Program-made: the position numbers and the translations under genes
Shown here: piece by piece, positions 10,846 through 19,114 of the stretch
Position numbering within the stretch: the first letter of the stretch is position 1
How the letters are laid out: every line of letters begins with the position of its first letter
Notes under the pieces: model-generated
What the model saw: only the letters and a program-made list of their open reading frames with translations
Databases searched by the model: none
Told to the model about the DNA's origin: nothing
DNA from: an uncultured Verrucomicrobiae bacterium
GTDB lineage: Bacteria; Verrucomicrobiota; Verrucomicrobiia; Limisphaerales; Palsa-1400
Direction of reading: 5' to 3'
Assembly (NCBI GenBank): GCA_963764165.1
Contig: CAVXRD010000002.1
Span: forward strand, 2,752,001 to 2,816,000
DNA: 64,000 bases

Positions 10846-11479
10846 ATCCCCAGCGTGGCTGCGCGAACAATTCGATTCGGCGGAGCAGCAAGAGGAGGCG
10901 GCGCGCCTCGGAATGTGGGCGTTTCTCGCCACGGAAATCATGTTCTTCGGGGGGCTGTTCGTCGGCTACATCGTGTATCGCCACACTTATCCGCACGCTT
11001 TCGCCGAAGCGAGCCGCCGCACCAACGCCACTTACGGCACGATCAACACCGCCATCCTGCTGACCAGCAGTTTGACGATGGCGCTGGCGGTGCAGGCTTC
11101 CGAACGCGGTGCGAGAAAAGCCATCGTCCGAAATCTCTTGTTGACAATCGCCATGGCGGTTGGATTTCTAGGAGTGAAGGCCATGGAATATACCGAGGAC
11201 GTTCACCAACATCTGGTGCCGGGGCCGTCGTTTATTGCGCGAGGGGACTCGCACCAGGAATTGTTTTTTTACTTCTATTGGGCTATGACCGGGCTGCACG
11301 CGCTGCATGTGCTGATTGGAATTGGGCTACTTTCCGCAATCGCGCTCATGGCCCGGCGCGGAAAATTCAGCAGCCAATATCACACTCCTGTCGAAGTCAG
11401 CGGACTTTATTGGCACTTCGTCGACATCGTTTGGATTTATCTATATCCCCTGCTGTACCTGATAGGGAGGAACCAATGA
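10838..11479 (+). CDS. coxC: Cytochrome c oxidase subunit III
   Basis: [31 protein letters not shown]. Confidence 0.93.
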   Translation: MDESPAWLREQFDSAEQQEEAARLGMWAFLATEIMFFGGLFVGYIVYRHTYPHAFAEASRRTNATYGTINTAILLTSSLTMALAVQASERGARKAIVRNLLLTIAMAVGFLGVKAMEYTEDVHQHLVPGPSFIARGDSHQELFFYFYWAMTGLHALHVLIGIGLLSAIALMARRGKFSSQYHTPVEVSGLYWHFVDIVWIYLYPLLYLIGRNQ

Positions 11480-11862
11480 GCGAACGGACGACCAGCGCAA
11501 AGGCGCTTTGGATGACGTGGGCATCGCTTCTGGCTCTGCTGGCGGCGACTTTCTTTGCCGCCCGCGTTGACTTGGGATTGGGAAACACCATTGTCGCGCT
11601 TCTTATTTCGGGATTGAAGATGGCGCTCGTCATATTGTTTTTCATGCAAGTGCGCTACAGTTCGCGATTGGTCTGGGTGTTCGTTTGCGCGGGCTTTGTT
11701 TGGTGGATGATCTTTATTTCGTTCGCAATGACGGATTATCTGACGCGCCGGCCGGTGGTGCCTTATGATCGGGGAGCGCCGACGCCGGGGAGTCCTTTGC
11801 AGAATGCAACCGAAACGCAGCGCGACGTCTTCGGCCCGGACGCTTCGGCGCAACGGCATTGA
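11476..11862 (+). CDS. coxD: Cytochrome c oxidase subunit IV family protein
   Basis: ATGA overlap at 11476; three TM helices, KMALVILFFMQV motif. Confidence 0.85.
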   Translation: MSERTTSAKALWMTWASLLALLAATFFAARVDLGLGNTIVALLISGLKMALVILFFMQVRYSSRLVWVFVCAGFVWWMIFISFAMTDYLTRRPVVPYDRGAPTPGSPLQNATETQRDVFGPDASAQRH

Positions 11863-11869
11863 TCATGCT
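11854..11869 (+). promoter_or_regulatory. Putative sigma-54 (-24/-12) promoter for ku
   Basis: cGGCATTGATCATGCt with GG-N10-GC spacing; overlaps the coxD stop codon. Confidence 0.55.
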
Positions 11870-11886
11870 TAATGACTGCCTGAATT

Positions 11887-12732
11887 ATGCGTCCAATATG
11901 GTCAGGTTCGATTAGTTTTGGGTTGATCAACATTCCGGTGGCTTTGATGGCGGCCGCGCAGCGCGACGAATTGAAATTTCGTCTTCTGCGCGCCGCCGAC
12001 CTCAGCCCCGTCAATTATCAACGGGTGGCGGAAGCCGATGGCAAGGAGGTGCCGTGGGATCAAATCGTCAAAGGCTACGAATACGAAAAAGGAAAATTCG
12101 TCGTTTTAAAGGAAGAGGATTTCAAACGCGTCGACATCGAGGCCACGCAGACCGTGGATATCATGGACTTCGTCAAGCTCTCGGAAATCAATCCGATGTT
12201 TTTCTACAAGCCTTATTACATGAAGCCGGCCAAGGGCGGAGCGAAGGCCTACGCGCTCTTGCGTGAAACGCTGCGCAACGAGGAAAAGGTGGCAATTGCA
12301 AAAGTCGTGATTAAGACAAAGCAATACCTCGCCGCCGTGAAAACTCAGGGCGAAGCGTTGTTGCTGGAACTGATGCATTTCGCGGACGAACTGGTCGAAC
12401 CCGAGACATTGGATTTCCCAAAATTTCCCGCTCTTGCAAAAAACGAAATCGACATGGCGAAAACACTGGTGGCGCAGATGACCGTCGACTGGGAGCCCCA
12501 CAAGTACAAAGACGAATACAAGGAATCCATTATGGCCTTGATAGAGAAAAAGGTCGAAAGCGGCGGACGTGATGTCAAAACGCCCTCCAAGGCCGCCAAG
12601 CATCCCGGAAATGTGGTCGATCTCGCCGACGTGCTGCGGCGCAGCCTGGAGGAAACGGCCTCCAAGCGGAAGAAACCCGCGCACGAAACCGGGGCAAAGC
12701 CTGGCAAGGGCAGCCGTAGAAAAGCTGCCTGA
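11887..12732 (+). CDS. ku: Non-homologous end-joining protein Ku
   Basis: MRPIWSGSISFGLINIPV, IVKGYEY, KPYY; Lys-rich C-terminal tail. Confidence 0.95.
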   Translation: MRPIWSGSISFGLINIPVALMAAAQRDELKFRLLRAADLSPVNYQRVAEADGKEVPWDQIVKGYEYEKGKFVVLKEEDFKRVDIEATQTVDIMDFVKLSEINPMFFYKPYYMKPAKGGAKAYALLRETLRNEEKVAIAKVVIKTKQYLAAVKTQGEALLLELMHFADELVEPETLDFPKFPALAKNEIDMAKTLVAQMTVDWEPHKYKDEYKESIMALIEKKVESGGRDVKTPSKAAKHPGNVVDLADVLRRSLEETASKRKKPAHETGAKPGKGSRRKAA

Positions 12733-12749
12733 CGGTCTTGGTTGGTTCT

Positions 12750-12765
12750 TGGCACGCTCCCAGCT
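12750..12765 (+). promoter_or_regulatory. Putative sigma-54 promoter for the 43-aa ORF
   Basis: TGGCACGCTCCCAGCT with GG-N10-GC spacing. Confidence 0.6.
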
Positions 12766-12777
12766 AAACAAAGCGCT

Positions 12778-12909
12778 ATGAATGCAACTATTTTAGGAAC
12801 CGTTCCCATGTTCGCGGCAGCCGGATACGCTCTGGTGTATCTACTGGCTGGTGGCGGTCTGGGCGGGGCAGTCCTCATTTTTATCGTCGCTAAATTGTTG
12901 GGACGATAA
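12778..12909 (+). CDS. 43-aa small membrane protein (not in ORF track)
   Basis: MNATILGTVPMFAAAGYALVYLLAGGGLGGAVLIFIVAKLLGR*; hydrophobic; directly after a sigma-54-like box. Confidence 0.65.
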   Translation: MNATILGTVPMFAAAGYALVYLLAGGGLGGAVLIFIVAKLLGR

Positions 12910-12975
12910 GCGAATGCGGCGGGCGCTTCGGCAACTGCCCAGGCGCGCCGCAAAGCGCATCGCCTGTGGAAGTCG

Positions 12976-13004
12976 AACGTGGGATGCCCCGTGCATCCCA
13001 CGTT
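12976..13004. repeat. Perfect 12-bp hairpin (terminator or REP-like)
   Basis: AACGTGGGATGC-cccgt-GCATCCCACGTT. Confidence 0.6.
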
Positions 13005-13037
13005 GATGCGCTCAAAACTTTACCCTCGGACTGCAAC

Positions 13038-13340
13038 ATGAATATGAAATCATTAAGAATGGCCGCGATGGCTGGTCTCGCCGCGTTGCTCGCCGGATGC
13101 GCGGGGGGATATGTGGAGGGGGGTTCTGGCGGGGTGGTGGTCGCCCCGGCGCCATATTTGGATTACGGACCAGATTACGATTTTTACGGAGGTTATTCCG
13201 AACGCGGGCGCGATGTCCGCGCCTACAGTGATCGCGGTTTTCAAAGCCGGGCGGCCGCTCATCCCGGCGCGTTTGCAGCACATGCAACCGGCGGGGGGGG
13301 CAGAATTGCGCATGGAGGCGGCAGCGGCGGTCACCGATAA
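13038..13340 (+). CDS. Small Gly/Tyr-rich lipoprotein
   Basis: Signal peptide with lipobox LAGC; low-complexity tail; start 13038 or 13044. Confidence 0.7.
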   Translation: MNMKSLRMAAMAGLAALLAGCAGGYVEGGSGGVVVAPAPYLDYGPDYDFYGGYSERGRDVRAYSDRGFQSRAAAHPGAFAAHATGGGGRIAHGGGSGGHR

Positions 13341-13353
13341 ATCCTGAGAAACC

Positions 13354-14301
13354 ATGAAACCATCAAATAGAAATCATTTCTGGGCCGCCATTGCGGCCAT
13401 CGGACTATGCCTCGGTGCGGGCGCGGCGTCGGCGGAACAGCGCACTTTTGCCTCGCCAGATGACGCAGTCACCGCCCTTCGCATAGCTACGGCGGCACAT
13501 GACAACAGCGCAATGCGCGACCTTTTCGGCCCGGATTTCGAAAAGTTTGCCACCGGCGATAAAGTCCAGGACTCGAATAACGAAAAACATTTCGCTGAAG
13601 CAGTCGCGCAATACTGCCGGGCAGTTCCAAATGGCAACGGTCTTATTGAAATCGAAGTCGGCACCAACGAGTGGCCGATGCCAATTCCCTTGGTGCAGGC
13701 AAATGGACAATGGCACTTCGACACTGCGGCCGGCCGGGAGGAGATCATCAGCCGGAACATCGGGAAGGATGAAATTCATGCCATTGGGCTTTGCCGCGCC
13801 TACGTGAAAGCCCAGCAGCAGTACGCGACTATCAACGCGGGCCTCAACGGGTGTTATGCCCAGAAGTTCATGAGCGCAGATGGAAGCCGGGACGGGCTTT
13901 TTTGGAAATCCGGGCCGGGAGAGCCCATGAGTCCCTTTTCGCAGATCGTGGCCAATGCGGAATCCAAAGGTTACGCCGGTTCCACAGGCTCGGAATCGAA
14001 GCCCTACCACGGATATTTCTTTCGCATCTTGACGGCGCAGGGAGCCGAAGCGCCAGGCGGCGCAAAAAATTACATGAGCGGCGGATTGCTGACGCAGGGA
14101 TTCGCTCTGGTGGCGTTCCCGGAGAAATGGGATCGCTCCGGAATCATGACATTCATCGTCAACCAGGACGGGATAGTGTACGAGAAGAATTTGGGGGCGC
14201 AGACGACCGAAATCGCCACGCGCATGAAAGAATATAATCCCGGCGGCGGCTGGAAGGCCGTCCAGGAAGAAGGCATCTACTCCGCGCTCTTGCCCAAGTG
14301 A
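13354..14301 (+). CDS. DUF2950 family exported protein
   Basis: Signal peptide; [41 protein letters not shown] motifs. Confidence 0.88.
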   Translation: MKPSNRNHFWAAIAAIGLCLGAGAASAEQRTFASPDDAVTALRIATAAHDNSAMRDLFGPDFEKFATGDKVQDSNNEKHFAEAVAQYCRAVPNGNGLIEIEVGTNEWPMPIPLVQANGQWHFDTAAGREEIISRNIGKDEIHAIGLCRAYVKAQQQYATINAGLNGCYAQKFMSADGSRDGLFWKSGPGEPMSPFSQIVANAESKGYAGSTGSESKPYHGYFFRILTAQGAEAPGGAKNYMSGGLLTQGFALVAFPEKWDRSGIMTFIVNQDGIVYEKNLGAQTTEIATRMKEYNPGGGWKAVQEEGIYSALLPK

Positions 14302-15389
14302 GTGAGCGCGCCAAATCCGCTGCGCAGGATTTCCCTCGCACGCAGATTGTATGCACCATCGGCCCGGCCTGCCGGACGCAGAGAAAAATTGAAGCGTTGA
14401 TCAAAGCAGGAATGGACTCGGCGAGGCTGCATTGCTCCTACGCCAATCAGGCGGAGATGGCGGTGGATATCGCGCGCATCAGGAAAGCCGAGGCCGCGAC
14501 CGGCCGCAAAATAAACATTCTTCAGGATCTGACGGGAGCGAAAGTCAGATTGCTCAATCTCGGCAAGAACAAGGTGGAACTCAAAAAGGGAGCCGTCTTC
14601 ACTCTCACAGCGCGCCAGATCAAAGGCAACGCATCCATTGCCGCGGTCAGCATTCCGGAAGTCCTCAGCGTTATCGAACCCGGCGACACCGTCCTCCTAG
14701 CCGACGGAGATTTGCAGTTGACTGCGATGAAGGCATCCCCCAAGGAAGTGCGCTGCAAAGTAAGGGTTGGCGGCAAAATCAAAACGGAGCAGGCAGTCCA
14801 CGTCCCCGGCAAGGCGGCGCCCGTAAAGGTGCCAACTGAAAAGGATTTCGACGACGTTTGCTTCGGCTTGAAGCACAAGGTGGATTGGGTCGCGGAGTCT
14901 TACGCGACTTCCGCCGCAGAGGTGATCCGCCTCCGCGAATTTATACGTGGCGTGGGCGGCACGGCCAAAATCATTGTCAAAATCGAGCGCTGCGAAGCAC
15001 TCGATCATTTGGAGGAAATCATTGGCGCGGCGGACATGGTGATGGTCGCGCGCGGCGATCTCGGCCTCGAGGTCCCCTTGGAGGAAATCGCCATCGTGCA
15101 AAAGAAAATCATTCAATGCGCACGTCGGCTGGGGAAACCCGTCATCACCGCCACGGAAATGCTGCTGTCCATGATGGAGCGCGACCGTCCGACCCGGGCG
15201 GAGGTTTCCGACGTGACGAATGCTATTCTGGACGGAACGGACGCGGTCATGCTGTCAGGCGAATCGTCCATGGGAAAATTTCCCGTCGAGGCCACGCGCA
15301 TGATGGCCCGCATTGCTGCCTTCACTGACAAGTGCAAAGTGCATCCGATTTTTCATGCAAATTGCACGAGTGGAAAGCGCAGGAAGTGA
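14298..15389 (+). CDS. pyk: Pyruvate kinase-like protein lacking the C-terminal domain
   Basis: [39 protein letters not shown]; 363 aa; GTGA overlap with DUF2950. Confidence 0.85.
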   Translation: MSERAKSAAQDFPRTQIVCTIGPACRTQRKIEALIKAGMDSARLHCSYANQAEMAVDIARIRKAEAATGRKINILQDLTGAKVRLLNLGKNKVELKKGAVFTLTARQIKGNASIAAVSIPEVLSVIEPGDTVLLADGDLQLTAMKASPKEVRCKVRVGGKIKTEQAVHVPGKAAPVKVPTEKDFDDVCFGLKHKVDWVAESYATSAAEVIRLREFIRGVGGTAKIIVKIERCEALDHLEEIIGAADMVMVARGDLGLEVPLEEIAIVQKKIIQCARRLGKPVITATEMLLSMMERDRPTRAEVSDVTNAILDGTDAVMLSGESSMGKFPVEATRMMARIAAFTDKCKVHPIFHANCTSGKRRK

Positions 15390-15589
15390 CGCTGCAGTCA
15401 AGTTGCCATTGCACACCTCTTGGCGAGACCTGCTTTCGAGGCGTTTCTCTACCCATATAGATCAACGAAAAGGAGAGCATTGGCCTTGCTGAATCCCCGT
15501 CCCTGATTTCCCTCCCCTCTGACGCAGCGTAAAACCAGCCATTTGCGTTTTGCCCAGCCATTGCAATCAATTTGACAACGGCCCAAACG

Positions 15590-15605
15590 TGGCATCGATT
15601 CAGCT
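15590..15605 (+). promoter_or_regulatory. Putative sigma-54 promoter for the DUF3309 gene or operon
   Basis: TGGCATCGATTCAGCT with GG-N10-GC spacing. Confidence 0.6.
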
Positions 15606-15617
15606 TGTGTCGGTTTC

Positions 15618-15776
15618 ATGAGCGTAGGCACTATCTTATTGGTTATTTTGATTCTGTTATTATTAGGCGTCTTTCCGACCTGGCCTCATAGCCGGAATTG
15701 GGGATATGCGCCCAGCGGAACAATCGGCACGGTTTTGATTCTCGTCATCCTGCTGATGTTGCTGAACTATATTTAG
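15618..15776 (+). CDS. DUF3309 family small membrane protein (52 aa, not in ORF track)
   Basis: MSVGTILLVILILLLLGVFPTWPHSRNWGYAPSGTIGTVLILVILLMLLNYI*; PTWPHSRxWGYxPSG signature. Confidence 0.88.
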   Translation: MSVGTILLVILILLLLGVFPTWPHSRNWGYAPSGTIGTVLILVILLMLLNYI

Positions 15777-15799
15777 GACGCCGTCACCCCCGGGCAAAC

Positions 15800-16864
15800 G
15801 TGAAAGCTTTTCATTGCGACCATTGCGGCAGCCTCGTTTTCTTTGAAAACGTGAAGTGTGTGAACTGCGGGCATGACCTCGGTTTTCTGCCGACGCAAGG
15901 AGACCTCAGCGCGATTGAATCCGCTGGCGATGGGAAATGGCGCGCTCTGTCGATTTCATCCGCCGAACCGCTGTTCAAGCTCTGCGATAACAGCCTGAAA
16001 TACCAGGTCTGCAATTGGATGGTTCCGGCCAGCGACTCGTCGCCCTTCTGTGTGTCCTGCCAGCTTAACAAGATCATTCCCAATTTATCCACAGACGGAA
16101 ACCAAGAGCGCTGGCGAAAATTGGAAGCCGCGAAACGCCGCGTCATTTATACAATCATGCGACTTGGGCTTCCAATGGAAATCAAGGACGGCGAGAACAG
16201 AACGCCGCTCCGATTCAATTTTGTCGGCACTGAGCCGGACGGGACGGCCCCCACCACGGGACATCTAAACGGCCTGATTGTCATCAACATTGTGGAAGCG
16301 GACGACGACCAGCGCGAACGCCGCCGCGTCAGCCTGCACGAGCCGTATCGGACGCTGCTCGGTCATTTCCGCCATGAAATTGCCCACTACTATTGGGATC
16401 GCCTGATTGCAAATAGCGGGTGGCTGGAGGAATTTCGCAAGATGTTCGGGGACGAAAATGCCGATTACTCGGAGGCGCTCAAGCGCCATTACGCGAATGG
16501 GCCGGCCCCAGACTGGCAGACCCGGCACGTCAGCGCCTATGCCAGTTCGCATCCGTGGGAGGATTGGGCGGAGACGTGGGCGCATTATTTCCATATCGTT
16601 GACATGATGGAAACAGCGGATAGCTTTGGCCTGGCGCTCAACCCGCGGCACCCGGCCGCCAAGACGATGATGGCGCGATCTCATAATCCCTTTGATCCCA
16701 GCGTTAGTTTCGACACGGTGCTGGAAAACTGGTTTCCGCTGACGTACGCGCTGAACTCGATTAACCGCGGAATGGGGCTGCTGGATGTGTACCCGTTCGC
16801 TTTGTCACCAAAAGCGGTTGAAAAATTGCGGTTCGTCCATGAAGTTGTCAAAAATAGTCGTTGA
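15800..16864 (+). CDS. Zinc-ribbon plus putative zinc-binding metallopeptidase (DUF2248-like)
   Basis: GTG 15800 gives MKAFHCDHCG; CxxC pairs; EPYRTLLGHFRHEIAHYYW; HPWEDWAETWAHY. Confidence 0.88.
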   Translation: MKAFHCDHCGSLVFFENVKCVNCGHDLGFLPTQGDLSAIESAGDGKWRALSISSAEPLFKLCDNSLKYQVCNWMVPASDSSPFCVSCQLNKIIPNLSTDGNQERWRKLEAAKRRVIYTIMRLGLPMEIKDGENRTPLRFNFVGTEPDGTAPTTGHLNGLIVINIVEADDDQRERRRVSLHEPYRTLLGHFRHEIAHYYWDRLIANSGWLEEFRKMFGDENADYSEALKRHYANGPAPDWQTRHVSAYASSHPWEDWAETWAHYFHIVDMMETADSFGLALNPRHPAAKTMMARSHNPFDPSVSFDTVLENWFPLTYALNSINRGMGLLDVYPFALSPKAVEKLRFVHEVVKNSR

Positions 16865-16867
16865 ACG

Positions 16868-18799
16868 ATGAGACTTATTAAAAACAAACTGGGACGGGTT
16901 GTAACTTTGACAACAATGGCGCTGGCGCTCGGGACAGGGGGGCGCGGGCTTGGGCAGCAACTTGGGGGCGTCATGTCCACCAATACGGTCAGCCAGGCGG
17001 TCGTGCTGCCGAAATCGGTGCCTGATCCGCTGGAGCCATTCAATCGTGCCATGTGGGCCTTGAACAAGGGCCTCATGGACTATGTCATTGATCCGACGGC
17101 GCGCGGCTACCGTTTGGTTGTCCGGAAGCCCATTCGCGAAGGCCTGGCCAATATCGGCACGAACCTCAATTATCCCGACCGCCTGGTGAACAACGCGCTG
17201 CAGGGCAAGTGGCGGGGAGTGCGGGACGAGTCCTACCGTTTTCTGGTAAACTCGACCGCGGGCGTGGCGGGCTTTTTCGACATTGCCAGCAAGAAGGGCA
17301 TTCCCCAATGGCCCGCGGACTTCGGGCAAACCTTCGGCCAGTGGGGCTGGAAGCCGAATTTTTATTTGATGCTGCCCCTCCTGGGGCCCAGCAATGACCG
17401 CGATGCGGTGGGCCTGGTGGGCGACGACTTCAGCAATCCGCTCTCCTACGTTTCGCCCTACAGCCTCACGGTGGAGATTCCGTTTACTTACACCACGCCC
17501 TACTCCCTGTTCATGTACGGTGTCACATATAATGATCTGTCGGACAGCGTCAATGCTCTGGCGCGATTCAGCAAATCCGAAATGGATCCCTACGCGGAAA
17601 TTCAATATGAGTGGACATTCGCCCGTGAGGATCGGGTGGCGAATTACCAGATCAAGGGCAAACAGGACGAAGCCTCACTCGAAACGCTGGAGTCGGTGTT
17701 CTTCACGTACAAGGATCCCGATTTTCCCAACAAGTCCAAAACCCGCTCTGTCGTGATTCCATCGACTGGCCGGCGGCTGCCATTTACCTACTGGCTGCAG
17801 CCGGCGCCGGCGCCGGTGGTTTACATTATCCCCGGGTTGGGCTCGCATCGCCTGGCCGAGGCCTCGATGGCGCTGGCGGAATTGGTTTTCAACCACGGAT
17901 TTACCGCCGTGTGCGTGAGCAGCCCGTTCAACGCGGAATTCATGGATCGCGCATCGACGGCGGCGGTGCCCGCCTATTTGCCGGTGGACGGCCACGATAT
18001 GCTGCTGGCTTTGACAGCGGTCGACAATCGCCTGGGCACGCTGTATCCCGGGCGCATGAAAGGGAAGGCGTTGATGGGTTACTCGATGGGCGCGTTTGAT
18101 TCCCTTTACATCGCGGCAACTGAAGCCAGTTCCTCGACGCCTTACGTGCAATTCGACCATTATGTCGCGGTAAACGCTCCCGTGCGCTTGCTCCATGGAG
18201 TCGAGATGCTGGATCAATACTATCGCGCTCCGCTGGAATGGTCGGACGCGGATCGGACCGACAATATCGAGAATGCGTTTCTGAAAGTGGCGGCGTTAAG
18301 CAAAAATAAGCTTATCCCGCGCACGACACTTCCGTTTGATGCGATTGAATCGAAGTTTCTGGTGGGGCTCACCTTTCGATTCACGCTGCGCGATGTCATT
18401 TACGCGAGCCAGCGGCGGCACAATCAGGGCGTTCTTCGCCATCCCATTTTGGCCTACCGCCGCGAGCCTGTTTACAACGAGATCATGCAATACTCGTATC
18501 AGGATTACTTCGAGAAATTTGTCCAGCCGTACTACATGGCTCGGGCGGAGAAGGTGACGGCCACAGAACTGGATAAAGCGGGAGACTTGCGCACCTATGA
18601 AACGGGTTTGCGCGGGAATAAGAAGGTCAGCCTGATAGTCAATCAAAACGATTTCCTGCTCGGCGATGGGGATTTGGAATGGTTCAAAGCAACCTTCCCC
18701 TCCACCCAATTGACGATTTTCCCGGAAGGCGGGCACCTTGGAAACCTCATCAATCCGAACGTTCAGAATACGATTATCGCTGCTTTGTCGGGGATGTAG
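16868..18799 (+). CDS. MlaA/VacJ domain fused to an alpha/beta-hydrolase
   Basis: DPLEPFNRAM, DFGQTFGQWG, LPLLGPSNDRD (MlaA); GYSMG elbow and GGHLGN (hydrolase). Confidence 0.85.
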   Translation: MRLIKNKLGRVVTLTTMALALGTGGRGLGQQLGGVMSTNTVSQAVVLPKSVPDPLEPFNRAMWALNKGLMDYVIDPTARGYRLVVRKPIREGLANIGTNLNYPDRLVNNALQGKWRGVRDESYRFLVNSTAGVAGFFDIASKKGIPQWPADFGQTFGQWGWKPNFYLMLPLLGPSNDRDAVGLVGDDFSNPLSYVSPYSLTVEIPFTYTTPYSLFMYGVTYNDLSDSVNALARFSKSEMDPYAEIQYEWTFAREDRVANYQIKGKQDEASLETLESVFFTYKDPDFPNKSKTRSVVIPSTGRRLPFTYWLQPAPAPVVYIIPGLGSHRLAEASMALAELVFNHGFTAVCVSSPFNAEFMDRASTAAVPAYLPVDGHDMLLALTAVDNRLGTLYPGRMKGKALMGYSMGAFDSLYIAATEASSSTPYVQFDHYVAVNAPVRLLHGVEMLDQYYRAPLEWSDADRTDNIENAFLKVAALSKNKLIPRTTLPFDAIESKFLVGLTFRFTLRDVIYASQRRHNQGVLRHPILAYRREPVYNEIMQYSYQDYFEKFVQPYYMARAEKVTATELDKAGDLRTYETGLRGNKKVSLIVNQNDFLLGDGDLEWFKATFPSTQLTIFPEGGHLGNLINPNVQNTIIAALSGM

Positions 18800-18854
18800 G
18801 AGCGATGACTCGAACGAAACCACGGTAGGGCGACGATGCCGATGAACTGTCTTG

Positions 18855-18966
18855 TGGAGGTAGGGACGCCTCGCCGAGGCGTCCCGGGCGAGGCGTCGTT
18901 GAACGGTGCGGCCCACAAAAGCTCTCACGCGCAACCGGACGCCTCGGCGAGGCGTCCCTACCTCCA
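18855..18966. repeat. REPIN-like doublet 2 (GTAG family)
   Basis: Same 25-nt REP and reverse complement as at 9081; lies between convergent genes. Confidence 0.88.
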
Positions 18967-19028
18967 AAGGCGAAATTTGTTCGTCGGAACTTCTCACCGA
19001 TTCGTTGGTTGGGGCCTCCGGCCCAGCG

Positions 19029-19094
19029 GTTCCCATTTATTCCCATATCTCGCATGAGAATGGGAGTAATGGGACTGATAGGAATAATGGGAAC
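19029..19094. repeat. Short 9-nt-period repeat tract forming an imperfect inverted repeat
   Basis: aatgggagt/aatgggact/gataggaat/aatgggaac at 19059-19094, preceded by inverted copies gttcccatt and attcccat. Confidence 0.55.
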
Positions 19095-19114
19095 GGCTCG
19101 GCAGCCTAGCCCTC

